Assembly: GCA_963826535.1 (NCBI GenBank)
Contig: CAWGXL010000008.1
Coordinates: forward strand, 2,679-66,678
DNA from: an uncultured bacterium
GTDB taxonomy: Bacteria; Patescibacteriota; Microgenomatia; Levybacterales; UBA12049
DNA: 64,000 nt
Reading direction: 5' to 3'
Part shown: piece by piece, positions 9,273 through 20,122 of the stretch
How positions within the stretch are numbered: position 1 is the first letter of the stretch
How the letters are laid out: every line of letters begins with the position of its first letter
Notes under the pieces: model-generated
Databases searched by the model: none
What the model saw: the letters and a program-made list of their open reading frames with translations, nothing else
Told to the model about the DNA's origin: nothing
Made by a program: the position numbers and the translations under genes

Positions 9273-11602
9273 TGGAAGACTTAAAGGTAGGTATAGGCGT
9301 AGATATAAACGGGCTGCTTACCGGAATGGCAAGGGCCAATAAGTCTTTGCAGGATTTCAAAGACCAGGCTGGAAGATTTAAAGGAGCACTGGATAAAGCT
9401 ACTGATCCAACTTCAATAGCAAGATTAACCAGGGCTTTAGATGCAGCTAATGCTAAGATAAAGACAATAGGTGGTGCGGGACTAAGTGGATTAAATAATC
9501 TATCAAAATCTTCTAACACAGCCGGATTTGCTCTAACAAACTTAGGCCGTGTGGCACAGGATGCACAGTTTGGATTTGTTGGTATAGCCAACAACCTTAA
9601 TCCATTACTTGAATCATTTCAAAGATTAAATAAAGAAAGCGGAAGCACAAAGGGTGCACTTAAAGCTCTTGCAGGCTCTGTTATGGGAGCGGGAGGTATA
9701 GGGCTTGCACTCAGTCTTGCTATTCCTATTATCGGTTTTATGACTTCAGGTTTCGGAGCCTGGACAAGGGGGTTGACAGGAAATAAAGCCGCATTGGATG
9801 CAACAGCCAAATCAGCAAAAAAGGTAACCGAAGAAATAGAATCGTTAAAATCGGTAATGGATATTATCGGTGAATCTACAGCTTCTGTTCAGGGGAATAT
9901 TGCTGTAGTGAATGTTTTAGCAGCAACAATTTTAGACACTAATAAATCTTATGAAGAAAGAAACAGAGCACTAAGAGAATTAAAGAAAACAAATGAGGCT
10001 TATTTTGGAGACCTAACCCTTGAAGCCTCTAAGTTGGCTACACTTACAGGGCTTGTAAATGAATATACACAGGCACTTACTCAGCAAGCTGTTATTAAAG
10101 GATTTGAGGGTGGGATTTCAAATATTACGCAGGCAATTTTTAATCAGCAAAAAGTTGTTAAGGATGCGAATAAAGTATTAGTAAGTGCACAAAGAGATGT
10201 AGGGGAAGAAATTGCAGCCGCTACTAAACAAGGGCCGGCACAGCTTGCAAGATTATATGCACGAATTGCGGCCGGTGCTACTGATGCAAGCGGCAAACTT
10301 AAAGACGCTAATGAAGAATTAGCTAAGCAAAATAATATAGCAAATACTCTTACCACACAATACAGTGATTTGAGGAAAGGAATTCAGGATGCTGTTACTG
10401 CTTCTTTAGGATTCAAACCACTAACAATTGATAAGCCAGAAGGCGCGGACAAAGCAGCTAAAGAGATTGAGACTATAAATGATGTGCTTGCAAAAATGAG
10501 GGCCGAGTTAGTGGTGCTTAATAAGATTGAATTAACCTTTGGCACAGATGAAACACAAAATAAAATAAAGCTTCTTGAAAAAACTATTGAAGAGTTATTT
10601 TCAAAATTCAAGTTAGGGACTAAAAGCCCATACATCATAGGGTTAGAATTTGAGATAGCAGAATTTAAGCTAACAGAATTCAGCAATAAGATTTTAAAAG
10701 GTGATAGAACATTAACAACGACTATTCCTACAGAAATACTTTTTGTTATTAATGAACGTAAAGCAAGGCAGGAATTAAGAGAAAAACTTTTACCATTTTC
10801 TGATTTGCCTCAAATACAAACAGAGCAAAAAGTAACGATTGATATAAATCCATTTATAAATACTGGTGATTTAGATAACGCTGCAAAGGTGGCATTTATA
10901 AAAGGGCAAGGTATAGGAACAGCATTACAGAATGGAATAAAAACATCTATTGAAGGATTAATATTACCAGAATTAAATGAAGCCTTTGATATTGCAAAAA
11001 ATGTTGAAAGACTAAACCAATCGATAGCAGATAATTTAAAGGTTGGATTAATCGATGCTTTAGCAGGAATTGGGGAAGCAATAGGAAGTGCTATTGCTGA
11101 AGGTGGCGATTTAGGGAAGGCAATATTTGGTAGTTTATTTCAGGTTATATCACATGGCCTAAAAGAGATGGGAAAGGCAATGGTTGCTTTAGGTACTGCA
11201 AAAATTTTCATTGAAAAATTCAAATTTGCTCCCGGTATAGTAACTGTTACTGCCGGTATTGCAATAATTGCTTTGGCTCAGGCGCTACAGGCATCTATAC
11301 CAAAGTTTGCTGAAGGCGGTCCCGTTTCCGGTTCAGGAAGGCCTGATTCAATTTTAGCACGGCTTTCACCAGGAGAGTATATTATCAAAGCTGACACAGT
11401 AGACCGTTTCGGCACACACTTTTTTGATATGTTGAATAAAGGCATTATACCTCCAAGAATGAATACAGGAGGCAGTGTAAGTGGCGCAAATATAGGAGGC
11501 GGACTATCTCATGAATTAGTTGTAGCAGATGTTAAAATTAAAGGCTCTGATTTGCTTTTAGTTTTTGATAGGGCAACAAACTCACGTAGCAGAAATGGAT
11601 AA
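9272..11602 (+). CDS. tail tape measure protein
   Basis: 776-aa Ala-rich, alpha-helical protein with internal hydrophobic segments, directly downstream of the chaperone. Confidence 0.8.
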   Translation: MEDLKVGIGVDINGLLTGMARANKSLQDFKDQAGRFKGALDKATDPTSIARLTRALDAANAKIKTIGGAGLSGLNNLSKSSNTAGFALTNLGRVAQDAQFGFVGIANNLNPLLESFQRLNKESGSTKGALKALAGSVMGAGGIGLALSLAIPIIGFMTSGFGAWTRGLTGNKAALDATAKSAKKVTEEIESLKSVMDIIGESTASVQGNIAVVNVLAATILDTNKSYEERNRALRELKKTNEAYFGDLTLEASKLATLTGLVNEYTQALTQQAVIKGFEGGISNITQAIFNQQKVVKDANKVLVSAQRDVGEEIAAATKQGPAQLARLYARIAAGATDASGKLKDANEELAKQNNIANTLTTQYSDLRKGIQDAVTASLGFKPLTIDKPEGADKAAKEIETINDVLAKMRAELVVLNKIELTFGTDETQNKIKLLEKTIEELFSKFKLGTKSPYIIGLEFEIAEFKLTEFSNKILKGDRTLTTTIPTEILFVINERKARQELREKLLPFSDLPQIQTEQKVTIDINPFINTGDLDNAAKVAFIKGQGIGTALQNGIKTSIEGLILPELNEAFDIAKNVERLNQSIADNLKVGLIDALAGIGEAIGSAIAEGGDLGKAIFGSLFQVISHGLKEMGKAMVALGTAKIFIEKFKFAPGIVTVTAGIAIIALAQALQASIPKFAEGGPVSGSGRPDSILARLSPGEYIIKADTVDRFGTHFFDMLNKGIIPPRMNTGGSVSGANIGGGLSHELVVADVKIKGSDLLLVFDRATNSRSRNG

Positions 11603-11608
11603 AAAGTT

Positions 11609-13876
11609 ATGGCATATGGTATAAAATATATTTGCGATTTCAACAGGCTAACAACTCTTGACTACCCGGACTATACATTTCAAATACTCCAAAAAAATTA
11701 TGAAGGTGATGCACAAAGATTAACAGGTGGTGCATCGGTAGTTATACATAGGTGGGAGACAGATAACCCAATAGCTCCAATTAAAGGTTCATCATTAGAA
11801 GTTACGTTAATTAATGAAGGTGCATTCCCACTTCTTTCAATTTACTCCACAGATGACGAAGAGTTTAAGGCAAAATTAATCTGGCACGCAGATGTAGATA
11901 TATTAATGTTTGAAGGCTTTGTGGTGCAAGATGATTGCAGTGAGTTAATGGTGGATTATAACCATGAAGTAACAATATCAGCAAATGATAATCTTGGATT
12001 ACTTAAAGATGTTGCACTCAATAAAGCGGCTGCAGGATATGGTCTTTTATACACTTCCATTGAACCTTATGAAATAACACAAGTAGCCGCAACATCTGAT
12101 TTACTTGTTAGTTTAGGTTATGGCAGTACAGTAATGGTAGGTGATAAAATAAGCATAGATGGCGGAGAGCAATATGAAATAGCCGGTATTGAAAAAGGCG
12201 GGACTGTTTACAATCTTTATTTAGTTGAGAATGTAGCAAGTGTAGCACCAACAACGGGTGAGTTAGCTCTTTACCGTAATGCCTTAGATAATTTACTTAC
12301 TCTTTTAATGATCATTAAAAGGTGTATAAGTGCTACAGGACTGGAACTAAATACTCATATTTTCTCAAACATTAATGAATCAACTGTTACAGAAAACACA
12401 GTATGTTTTTTGGAGCAAACTTTAATTGATCCGCAAACTTTTTTGAAGGGTGAAAATAATTATGATGATTGTTATACAGTGCTTGAAAAGATTTTACAGA
12501 GGTTTAATTTTACCCTCTTCCAGGCTAAAGGTGTTTGGAATATGGTTAGATGGCATGAAGCAAGAGTTTATGACTATGATGTGCCGGGTCATGCATATGA
12601 TGCAGAATTTAATTTATTGCCGGATAAGGTTTATTTAGATGGAAGGTTAGTTGTTGATGAAGGTGTAACATTCCAGGGGTTCCCTAAATTCTTAATTGGC
12701 TCAGGTGAACATACGGCGGCTGAGACAGGTTTATTACAAAGGATTCAAAGACCGTATGAGCACGTAAAAGAAACCTTCAATTATAAGCAGCCAACGGAAT
12801 TATTGCGCAATGCAAACTTTACGCAATTAGGCCCATTAATCCAGACATATACAACAGGCAGCGGGGATGACCTGCAACTCATAGCTGAATATGAGGCTAA
12901 ATGGTGGAACTATACAGATGAAACTCCTACTGGGTCAGGCGTTAACGGTGCAGCCGTATTTTTTATAAGGGTTATACTGGACAGCTTAGGCAATGAAGTT
13001 GAGCGGTATATGGTTGTTAAAAATAATGACATTCACTCCTATAGAATAGAAGCTAATAAAGGGGATAAAGTAAAGTTCTCATTTAGCTTCAAAACTCCAG
13101 ACGGCTTTACTACAATAATTGTTTATATCAAATTAACAGATGGCACTAATACTGTTTTTGCAAATGAGCCCGGAAGTACACCTACATGGGCTACTACGGT
13201 GGGTTATAATGCAACCGTTACGGCGGTGGCTAACGAATGGACAAGCGTAGAAACTGAAACCGCTTCGATCCCTTTTGACGGAATATTAACGGTTTATTTG
13301 CGGGCATATAGTACAAGCGGGAATGGTGAAAATCAATACAAAGATGTGAGGCTTGAATATATCCCTACTATCAATCAATCCACAAAAATCATAGGTCACA
13401 CACACACCTCGGAGCATCCTATCACAATTAAAAACAATGATGAAAAAGAAATCTTTGTAGATAACACTTCCCGTAATTCATTAGCCGGTACATTGTTTTT
13501 AAATGAGCTGGACGGCATATTACAAAAACGTTGCAATCAATGGAAAATGTTTTCAGGTGCAGCTATGAATTTAGGAGAGCTTACCACCAGAGAAAATTTA
13601 TTTCTTCGCAGAACACCCCGTATGATTTTGGAAGGTACTTTTTATAATCTAATATCAGAAATAGTAGATACCCCAACCATACATGATCATGTTAGTTTAC
13701 TCACAGTAGTGAAACATAACTACGTCCCTTATATCAATTTTTGTTTTGGCAGGCTTGAAATAGATTACCGAAATAACAAGTGTTCGGGAACCCTGTTCGA
13801 AATGTATAAAGATAATGAACAAGATAGCGAACTAACTAACCTTTACACCTTTGATTTTATATATGATTCTAAATGA
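11609..13876 (+). CDS. distal tail / baseplate protein (Dit/Tal-like)
   Basis: Large ORF immediately after the tape measure. Confidence 0.45.
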   Translation: MAYGIKYICDFNRLTTLDYPDYTFQILQKNYEGDAQRLTGGASVVIHRWETDNPIAPIKGSSLEVTLINEGAFPLLSIYSTDDEEFKAKLIWHADVDILMFEGFVVQDDCSELMVDYNHEVTISANDNLGLLKDVALNKAAAGYGLLYTSIEPYEITQVAATSDLLVSLGYGSTVMVGDKISIDGGEQYEIAGIEKGGTVYNLYLVENVASVAPTTGELALYRNALDNLLTLLMIIKRCISATGLELNTHIFSNINESTVTENTVCFLEQTLIDPQTFLKGENNYDDCYTVLEKILQRFNFTLFQAKGVWNMVRWHEARVYDYDVPGHAYDAEFNLLPDKVYLDGRLVVDEGVTFQGFPKFLIGSGEHTAAETGLLQRIQRPYEHVKETFNYKQPTELLRNANFTQLGPLIQTYTTGSGDDLQLIAEYEAKWWNYTDETPTGSGVNGAAVFFIRVILDSLGNEVERYMVVKNNDIHSYRIEANKGDKVKFSFSFKTPDGFTTIIVYIKLTDGTNTVFANEPGSTPTWATTVGYNATVTAVANEWTSVETETASIPFDGILTVYLRAYSTSGNGENQYKDVRLEYIPTINQSTKIIGHTHTSEHPITIKNNDEKEIFVDNTSRNSLAGTLFLNELDGILQKRCNQWKMFSGAAMNLGELTTRENLFLRRTPRMILEGTFYNLISEIVDTPTIHDHVSLLTVVKHNYVPYINFCFGRLEIDYRNNKCSGTLFEMYKDNEQDSELTNLYTFDFIYDSK

Positions 13877-14556
13877 ATGTACAGGGTAAAAATGTTATAT
13901 TATTCATATACGAAGGTGGTGTATGGGTTGGTTACGCCTGCGGCCGTAGTATCACATTTAATGTACAAACTGATTTCATTGAAACCAGTGGCCCGGGCAC
14001 AGGGAAGAGCGCCTATTTTTTACCCACAAAAAATTCATTTTCGGCAACAATAGACGGCATTGTTGCACTTGAGGAAACCGATATGCTTACGCTGCCTGAT
14101 CTCAGAGCAAAGCAGCTTGCACATGAACTATTGTTGTGTCGATTTCAAAGAACAGATGACGGGGCGCATGTGTATACTGATGAATGTGAAATGTACATAA
14201 GCAACAGTAGTGATGTAGGGAGTTGGGATGATATGGCAGTATTTACAATTGACCTTATAGGGATAGGGCAAATATCACAGGTGTTCGTAACGCAGCCGCC
14301 TATACCTATGGATGCAGTACAGGTTAAGAGATATGAATATACAGGTATTGGAGGTGAGTTTGGTTTTACAGATACACAATTAATCGGTAAGGATATTTTG
14401 GAGGTAAACAAGGATGGAATTAGTAATAGCAGAATTATAATAAGTGGCACACCGATAAATAAAGAAGTAAAATATATAAGTGCAACAGGTCAATTTATAT
14501 GGGCTATGGCAATAGAGCCAGGAGAAGAAATTTATGTTTTGTATCAGGATATATAA
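13873..14556 (+). CDS. hypothetical tail protein
   Basis: ORF overlaps its neighbours by 4 bp at both ends. Confidence 0.35.
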   Translation: MNVQGKNVILFIYEGGVWVGYACGRSITFNVQTDFIETSGPGTGKSAYFLPTKNSFSATIDGIVALEETDMLTLPDLRAKQLAHELLLCRFQRTDDGAHVYTDECEMYISNSSDVGSWDDMAVFTIDLIGIGQISQVFVTQPPIPMDAVQVKRYEYTGIGGEFGFTDTQLIGKDILEVNKDGISNSRIIISGTPINKEVKYISATGQFIWAMAIEPGEEIYVLYQDI

Positions 14557-14809
14557 AATGAAACTTTTTAATTATAGAGCAACAGGAGTAGAGGCGGGAG
14601 TATTACCATACTCACATATGTTTTTTTCTGCTCTGAAAGGCAAGAGTGTGGTATCAATTTACAGGGATGGAGTAGCAGCATCAAGAATAAAAACCGATGG
14701 GATTCCTGAAAATAAGGAGGCTACATTTTACAGTGTTTTAGGTACTGTTTTAATATGGGGGAAATTGGTTAACGGGGAAGAAATTTCAATACTATATCAG
14801 AATCAATGA
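14534..14809 (+). CDS. hypothetical protein
   Basis: Small ORF translationally coupled to the tail fibre gene. Confidence 0.3.
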   Translation: MFCIRIYKMKLFNYRATGVEAGVLPYSHMFFSALKGKSVVSIYRDGVAASRIKTDGIPENKEATFYSVLGTVLIWGKLVNGEEISILYQNQ

Positions 14810-17382
14810 GAAAACTATTAACTATATTATTGTGTTTGGCTTGTTTCTTTGTAAAAGGTCAATCGATTACTTATACCCCTATGTCGGCAGGGGGCTATAC
14901 TTTTAGATATTTAAAAGCCGATTCAGGCTTTGCCGTTCCTTTTAGAAATCTTAGCACAGGCAGGGGAGTAGTAAGAGCGGGAAGTATAGTAGTTAACACA
15001 GCAGATAATATTTTTTATGGTTTTGATGGTACAGCATGGTTACCATTAGGCGGTGGCGGCGCAGCAGGAACCTATGTAGATTCTTTAAGTATAGTAGGGA
15101 ATAATCTGTTCTATTGGGAGGCAGGATTAGGAACCGGGATCCAAATAAATAAACTTGATTCTGTTGTACAGAAAGCGGGCACAGATAGCATATATACTTA
15201 TATTGGTGGGGTAGGAACATTTGTATATAGAAACATTGGAGCAAGCGGTGGTGTATCAGAAGTAACAAGCACTACAAGTGATATAACTATCACTAATGGT
15301 ACTACTACACCGGCTTTAACACTTGATACGAATAAACATCATTCTTATGCCTATTTACAGACTGTTTTTGCTGCTTTGGCACATACACATGATGCAAGTC
15401 ATATAATCTCAGGAACGCTACCTATTGTTCGCGGTGGAACAGGTTTAGCCGGAATTGGTTCAGTAGGGCAACAAATGAGGGTAGCTGCATCAGGAACAGC
15501 GCTTGAATATTATACTCCAACAATAGGAACGGGGACAGTTACAAATGTATCATCATCTACAAGCGATATAACGGTTATTAATCCTACCACTACGCCTGTA
15601 ATTACATTAGATACAACTTTGCATCATTCATTAGGTTTTTTGGATTTAAGATATGCCGATATTTCCAATGATTCCGCTTTTGTAAGACATACCAATATTG
15701 CTGTTGATACATTGAGGCTTTATAGATCGAATGGGGACTCATCAGATGTTCTTTTTGATATAGGAGGCACAGGTATTACACAAGAACAATTAGACGATAC
15801 GGCGGCTGCAATAAGAGATGATTTTCCAACTGGGAGCGCAGCCGTATGGGGAACTATTACAGGCACACTATCAGATCAAACAGATGTTCAAAGCGCCATA
15901 GATGCAAAACAAGAAACACTTATAAGCGGCTCAAATATTAAAACTATAAATGGTAATTCATTACTTGGTAGTGGTGACTTAGTGATAGCTGGCAGTTCTT
16001 GGGGAACTATTACAGGAACGCTATCAGCACAAACAGATTTACAAAGTGCTTTAGATGCGAAGCAAGATGATATTACGCTTACTACAACTGGCACAAGCGG
16101 AGCGGCAACTTTAATTGGCTCTATTTTGAACATACCTCAATATGTGGGTAGTTCCGTTACTCCTGCAGCACTAACCAAAACAGATGACGCTAATGTAACA
16201 TTGACTTTAGGCGGCACGCCTTCAACTGCTTTACTGCAGGCGACTTCGCTAACATTAGGATGGGCTGGCACACTTGCAGCCACAAGGGGTGGTACAGGTA
16301 CAGGGACAGTTGCGATTGGAGATCTACTCTACGGATCAGGCGTGAACACATGGAGCAAGCTCACAGCCGGAACAAGCGGCTATGTTTTAACTTCGGGTGG
16401 TGCTGGTGTTGCGCCCTCATGGTCGGCTTCAAGTGGTGGCAGCGGATGGCTTTTAACCGGTAATGCAGGAACAACAGCAGGAACAAATTTTTTAGGCACA
16501 ACAGATAACATTGCTCTTAATTTCAGAGTGAACAATATTACCGCCGGACGAATACCCACAGATGCGACGCCCTGGAAAACGTCTTTCGGATATGGAGCAA
16601 TTCCGGATGCTTCAACAGGTGTTAGCAATTCCGCTTTTGGGCACCTTGCAGGAGCAGCATTAGCAGGGGGGGATTTAAATACTTTAGTAGGATTTAAGGC
16701 CGGAAACGCAATGACAAGCGGCTCAAGCAATACTGCTATTGGTTTTAACGCTATGCAAGCCAGTACAACAAGTCTATATAACACAGCGGTGGGATATCAG
16801 GCGTTGTCTGCTGGTACTGTTGCGTATCAAAATACAGCTATAGGGTATAACGCTGGACAGAACACAGCAGCAGCGCATAATGTTTTTATTGGATATAACG
16901 CAGGTCAGGATAATACAACTGGTGGATCAAATGTTGCAGTAGGGTCTCTTGCTCTTTTAGATAATGTTTCAGGTTCAAATGTCACAGCAGTAGGCCATCA
17001 GGCATTAAATCTAAGTACAGGGGCAACTAATACAGCATTAGGAAAAGATGCAGGAGCAGCAAATACAACGGGGGAATCAAATCTTTATTTAGGTGCATGG
17101 GCGGGCAGTCATGCTACGACGCAATCTAATCAGATTTTCATAAATACCATTAATCGTTCAAATTACACAGGAGATCAAACGGGTTCGCCTATTTACATTC
17201 AACAAAACGCAACAGTATCAAACCAAATTATCACGGTTAATGGGGCTCTTAAATTATCTTCTATGACTACAACGCAACGGAATGCAATTCCATCCCCTGC
17301 AGCTGGAATGATAATCTACAATTCAACAACTAACCAAATAAATGTATATACAACAGGTTGGGAGGCTGTAACAAGTTTATGA
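14806..17382 (+). CDS. tail fibre protein with internal tandem repeats and an N-terminal signal-peptide-like segment
   Basis: Repeated blocks TSDITITNGTTTPALTLDTNKHHS (x2) and WGTITGTLSxQTDxQSAxDAKQ (x2); Hep_Hag-like NTAxGxxAG repeats near the C-terminus. Confidence 0.6.
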   Translation: MRKLLTILLCLACFFVKGQSITYTPMSAGGYTFRYLKADSGFAVPFRNLSTGRGVVRAGSIVVNTADNIFYGFDGTAWLPLGGGGAAGTYVDSLSIVGNNLFYWEAGLGTGIQINKLDSVVQKAGTDSIYTYIGGVGTFVYRNIGASGGVSEVTSTTSDITITNGTTTPALTLDTNKHHSYAYLQTVFAALAHTHDASHIISGTLPIVRGGTGLAGIGSVGQQMRVAASGTALEYYTPTIGTGTVTNVSSSTSDITVINPTTTPVITLDTTLHHSLGFLDLRYADISNDSAFVRHTNIAVDTLRLYRSNGDSSDVLFDIGGTGITQEQLDDTAAAIRDDFPTGSAAVWGTITGTLSDQTDVQSAIDAKQETLISGSNIKTINGNSLLGSGDLVIAGSSWGTITGTLSAQTDLQSALDAKQDDITLTTTGTSGAATLIGSILNIPQYVGSSVTPAALTKTDDANVTLTLGGTPSTALLQATSLTLGWAGTLAATRGGTGTGTVAIGDLLYGSGVNTWSKLTAGTSGYVLTSGGAGVAPSWSASSGGSGWLLTGNAGTTAGTNFLGTTDNIALNFRVNNITAGRIPTDATPWKTSFGYGAIPDASTGVSNSAFGHLAGAALAGGDLNTLVGFKAGNAMTSGSSNTAIGFNAMQASTTSLYNTAVGYQALSAGTVAYQNTAIGYNAGQNTAAAHNVFIGYNAGQDNTTGGSNVAVGSLALLDNVSGSNVTAVGHQALNLSTGATNTALGKDAGAANTTGESNLYLGAWAGSHATTQSNQIFINTINRSNYTGDQTGSPIYIQQNATVSNQIITVNGALKLSSMTTTQRNAIPSPAAGMIIYNSTTNQINVYTTGWEAVTSL

Positions 17383-17600
17383 TAAAAAAAATATTAATGG
17401 TATTGGCAATTACTTTTCTTATTGCTTTTACACCAAACCAAACAAAAACTTTAAAAGTTGAAGCTGATTTACAAACATGGAATACAATACTTAGAGTTAT
17501 TGATTTTAGTGAAGCTCCTGCAAAAGAAAGAATAGCTGTTAGAGATTTTATTATCAACCAATTGAATGATACGACAAAAAATAAAATAAAACCAAAATAA
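17358..17600 (+). CDS. small protein with an N-terminal hydrophobic segment
   Basis: ILMVLAITFLIAF segment. Confidence 0.3.
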   Translation: MGGCNKFMIKKILMVLAITFLIAFTPNQTKTLKVEADLQTWNTILRVIDFSEAPAKERIAVRDFIINQLNDTTKNKIKPK

Positions 17601-18091
17601 TGGCAACAATAGCAATTAAAAAAGAAATCAATGGAGTAGCCTCTTATATAAGAAACAATGGCGAGCTTTTTACAATTTTCTCTCCAATTATTCTAAACAG
17701 TAGTGGCACAAGAGTTTTATTGCGGGATGCAATTGGAGACTTTGATTTTAGTTCTACCGATTCAATAACTATTAATGATATGTCGTATAATGGGCACACG
17801 GCAAAAGAAATTGTAGCAAAATTACGTGATGAGGTTTTTCTTAACGCTGGGGGGGCAGCGTCAACAACCGATGCAGGCGACCTCATAACAGGTACGCTTG
17901 ACGATGATAGACTAAGCGGCAACGTAATGTTTATGGAAATAGCTGCCACTTATGCCGCAATTGATCCAGGTACAAGAAAGAGACTAATATATGTATTGGC
18001 AGATGAAACAAATAATGATGATATATCCCTTTATGTACATAACGGAACCGTTTTAAAATCTATACACCTAACTGAACAACTTGAATCGTAA
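17600..18091 (+). CDS. hypothetical protein
   Basis: ORF between the two fibre genes. Confidence 0.35.
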   Translation: MATIAIKKEINGVASYIRNNGELFTIFSPIILNSSGTRVLLRDAIGDFDFSSTDSITINDMSYNGHTAKEIVAKLRDEVFLNAGGAASTTDAGDLITGTLDDDRLSGNVMFMEIAATYAAIDPGTRKRLIYVLADETNNDDISLYVHNGTVLKSIHLTEQLES

Positions 18092-20121
18092 TGAAAAAAT
18101 TATTCTTTCTATTTCTTATTATTTCTTCATTTGCAAGAGCGCAAACAGTGCAGACTATTTATCCTGCTTCTACCATTGCAGATATGAAAACTTATTATGG
18201 CAAATCCAGCAGAGTTCATGTTTTCGCTACTAATGAAGATTACATTCGTTGTACAGTTTGCACGGCGGATGAAATAACAATTTTTGCAGGAGCAGGTGGA
18301 AGAAAATGGAAAAAGTTTGCTGATTTAATTGGAGGCGATACAACAATATTTGAAACTGTATTAGATAGTACAGGGCAGCCCGGTCAAAGAATATTATGGA
18401 GTGCAGGAAATAAAATTAAAAGTCATCAATATTTTTTGTACGATTCGGCGAACCGAAAAGTTGTAATTAATCATAATAATGTAAGTATTGGTGGCGCGGG
18501 TGTAAAGTTATGGGTGCAGGGAAGTTCTACAGTGAACGGTTCTTTGGTTGTTGCAAGTTATGCGACTGCTTTTGGTTTTATAAAACCAGGGGGCACAGCT
18601 TCTCAATTTCTAAAAGCAAATGGTACAGTAGATGCGAATGATTACTTAACAACCGCTTTGGCAGCATCAACTTATGCCACTATTGCAAATCTTGCTCTAA
18701 AAAATAATATTTCAGACACAGCGGCAATGCTATCACCTTATCTCAGAAGTAATGTAGCTGGAGCAACATATCAGCCGCTTTTAATTAGTGGTACAAATAT
18801 TAAAACTGTAAATGGAACAGCGGTTTTGGGCAGTGGTGATTTAGTTGTAGGTGGCATTCCTGCAGGCTCAACAACAGAAATACAATACAATAATGCGGGT
18901 GCTTTTGGTGCAAGTTCTACGTTTAAATACATTTCCACAGCTGCACTTACTTCTGCTAAAAATTATTCAGCCTTATATATTAACCCGGTAACTACAGCCG
19001 TAGCCAGTACAGATACATTAATAGCTCTTGAACTACATAACACATTTAACAAAGGGGCTTATATAAATGTAGCAGATCATTTAATGAAGTTGAATTTGGG
19101 CTTTTTAAATGCGGATTCTAATTGGAACTTTAGTTATGGCAATGGTGGTGCTGCAAGGCCAACCGCTGGTAGCACAATCTTTATTGGCTACAGGGCCGGG
19201 CAGACTTCTACTTCGGCGTCATTTTCAAACTTCTTTGGTAGTAATGCCGGCTTTGCTGCCACATCTGCAACCGCCTCAAATTTTCTTGGCAATACTGCAG
19301 GCTCAGCCGCTACAGGTGCAAACAATTCGAACTTCCTCGGAACACAGTCAGGTGAAACCGCTACAGGTGCAAACAATTCAAACTTCCTCGGACAACAGGC
19401 TGGCATGACCGCCACATCTGCTTCTAACTCAAACTTTATGGGCTTTACGGCAGGCAAGAACGCCACCAATGCAAGTACTTCAAATTTCTTTGGTTACCAG
19501 GCAGGACTTGGTGCAACAAACGCAAGCAGCTCAACTTTTATTGGTGCTGATGTGGGAAAGGGTGCAACAGGAGCCGCTTATTCAGTTTTCATAGGCTATG
19601 TAGCAGGGAGTAATGCCACTCATGCAATTACCGGAGCTAACAATATTTTAATAGGCAAGGGAATAACAACGCCAACCGCAGGAACAACAAACACGTTTAA
19701 TATCGGCAATGTTCTTTACGGGAATAATACTGCTACGGGCACTACACCGCAGGCTGCAGCACAAACAACGGGAACGGTAGGTATCAATGTAACTACTCCA
19801 AACTCTACACTACAAGCATTAGGATCATTTAGTGCGGGCTATGTTGCTAAATCAGCCACTTATACAGCGACTATCTCAGACTATACTATTGAATGTACTG
19901 CCAATACTTTTACTGTTACCGTCCCTACATCTGTTGGCATAACCGGACGCGAATATTGGATAACAAATACAGGCTCAGGAACTATAACGCTTGCAACAAC
20001 TTCATCTCAAACTTTTGTAAACGTTACGGGCACTCCGACAACTTTAACTATTGCTCAATTCACAGGTTATAAGATCACAAGCAACGGGGCAAACTGGCTT
20101 GCTTATAAAATAGTAAACTAA
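18091..20121 (+). CDS. second tail-fibre-like protein with a signal peptide and periodic repeats
   Basis: About ten 13-aa repeats of the form SNF[FL]GxxAGxxATxA; shares GTNIKTVNGTAVLGSGDLV with the first fibre. Confidence 0.55.
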   Translation: MKKLFFLFLIISSFARAQTVQTIYPASTIADMKTYYGKSSRVHVFATNEDYIRCTVCTADEITIFAGAGGRKWKKFADLIGGDTTIFETVLDSTGQPGQRILWSAGNKIKSHQYFLYDSANRKVVINHNNVSIGGAGVKLWVQGSSTVNGSLVVASYATAFGFIKPGGTASQFLKANGTVDANDYLTTALAASTYATIANLALKNNISDTAAMLSPYLRSNVAGATYQPLLISGTNIKTVNGTAVLGSGDLVVGGIPAGSTTEIQYNNAGAFGASSTFKYISTAALTSAKNYSALYINPVTTAVASTDTLIALELHNTFNKGAYINVADHLMKLNLGFLNADSNWNFSYGNGGAARPTAGSTIFIGYRAGQTSTSASFSNFFGSNAGFAATSATASNFLGNTAGSAATGANNSNFLGTQSGETATGANNSNFLGQQAGMTATSASNSNFMGFTAGKNATNASTSNFFGYQAGLGATNASSSTFIGADVGKGATGAAYSVFIGYVAGSNATHAITGANNILIGKGITTPTAGTTNTFNIGNVLYGNNTATGTTPQAAAQTTGTVGINVTTPNSTLQALGSFSAGYVAKSATYTATISDYTIECTANTFTVTVPTSVGITGREYWITNTGSGTITLATTSSQTFVNVTGTPTTLTIAQFTGYKITSNGANWLAYKIVN

Positions 20122-20122
20122 A

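Noticed and set aside
9265-10686. Minus-strand ORFs 9265..9594, 9619..9810, 10144..10356 and 10384..10686
   Set aside because: They are antisense to the tape measure gene; their low-complexity Ala/Ser-rich translations are typical of spurious frames.
12450-12638. 62-aa ORF inside 11609..13876, plus other small embedded ORFs (14145..14450, 14993..15268, 15888..16133, 16260..16784, 22675..22965, 24817..24999, 25471..25722, 26191..26403)
   Set aside because: All are alternate-frame or antisense ORFs within larger, better-supported genes.
19109-19469. ORFs 19109..19408 (+) and 19188..19469 (-), and a CRISPR-like look of the 39-nt periodicity at 19190-19560
   Set aside because: They lie entirely inside the 13-aa coding repeat of the second tail fibre. 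The alternate-frame ORFs are by-products of the repeat, there are no unique spacers, and no repeat-spacer structure exists.
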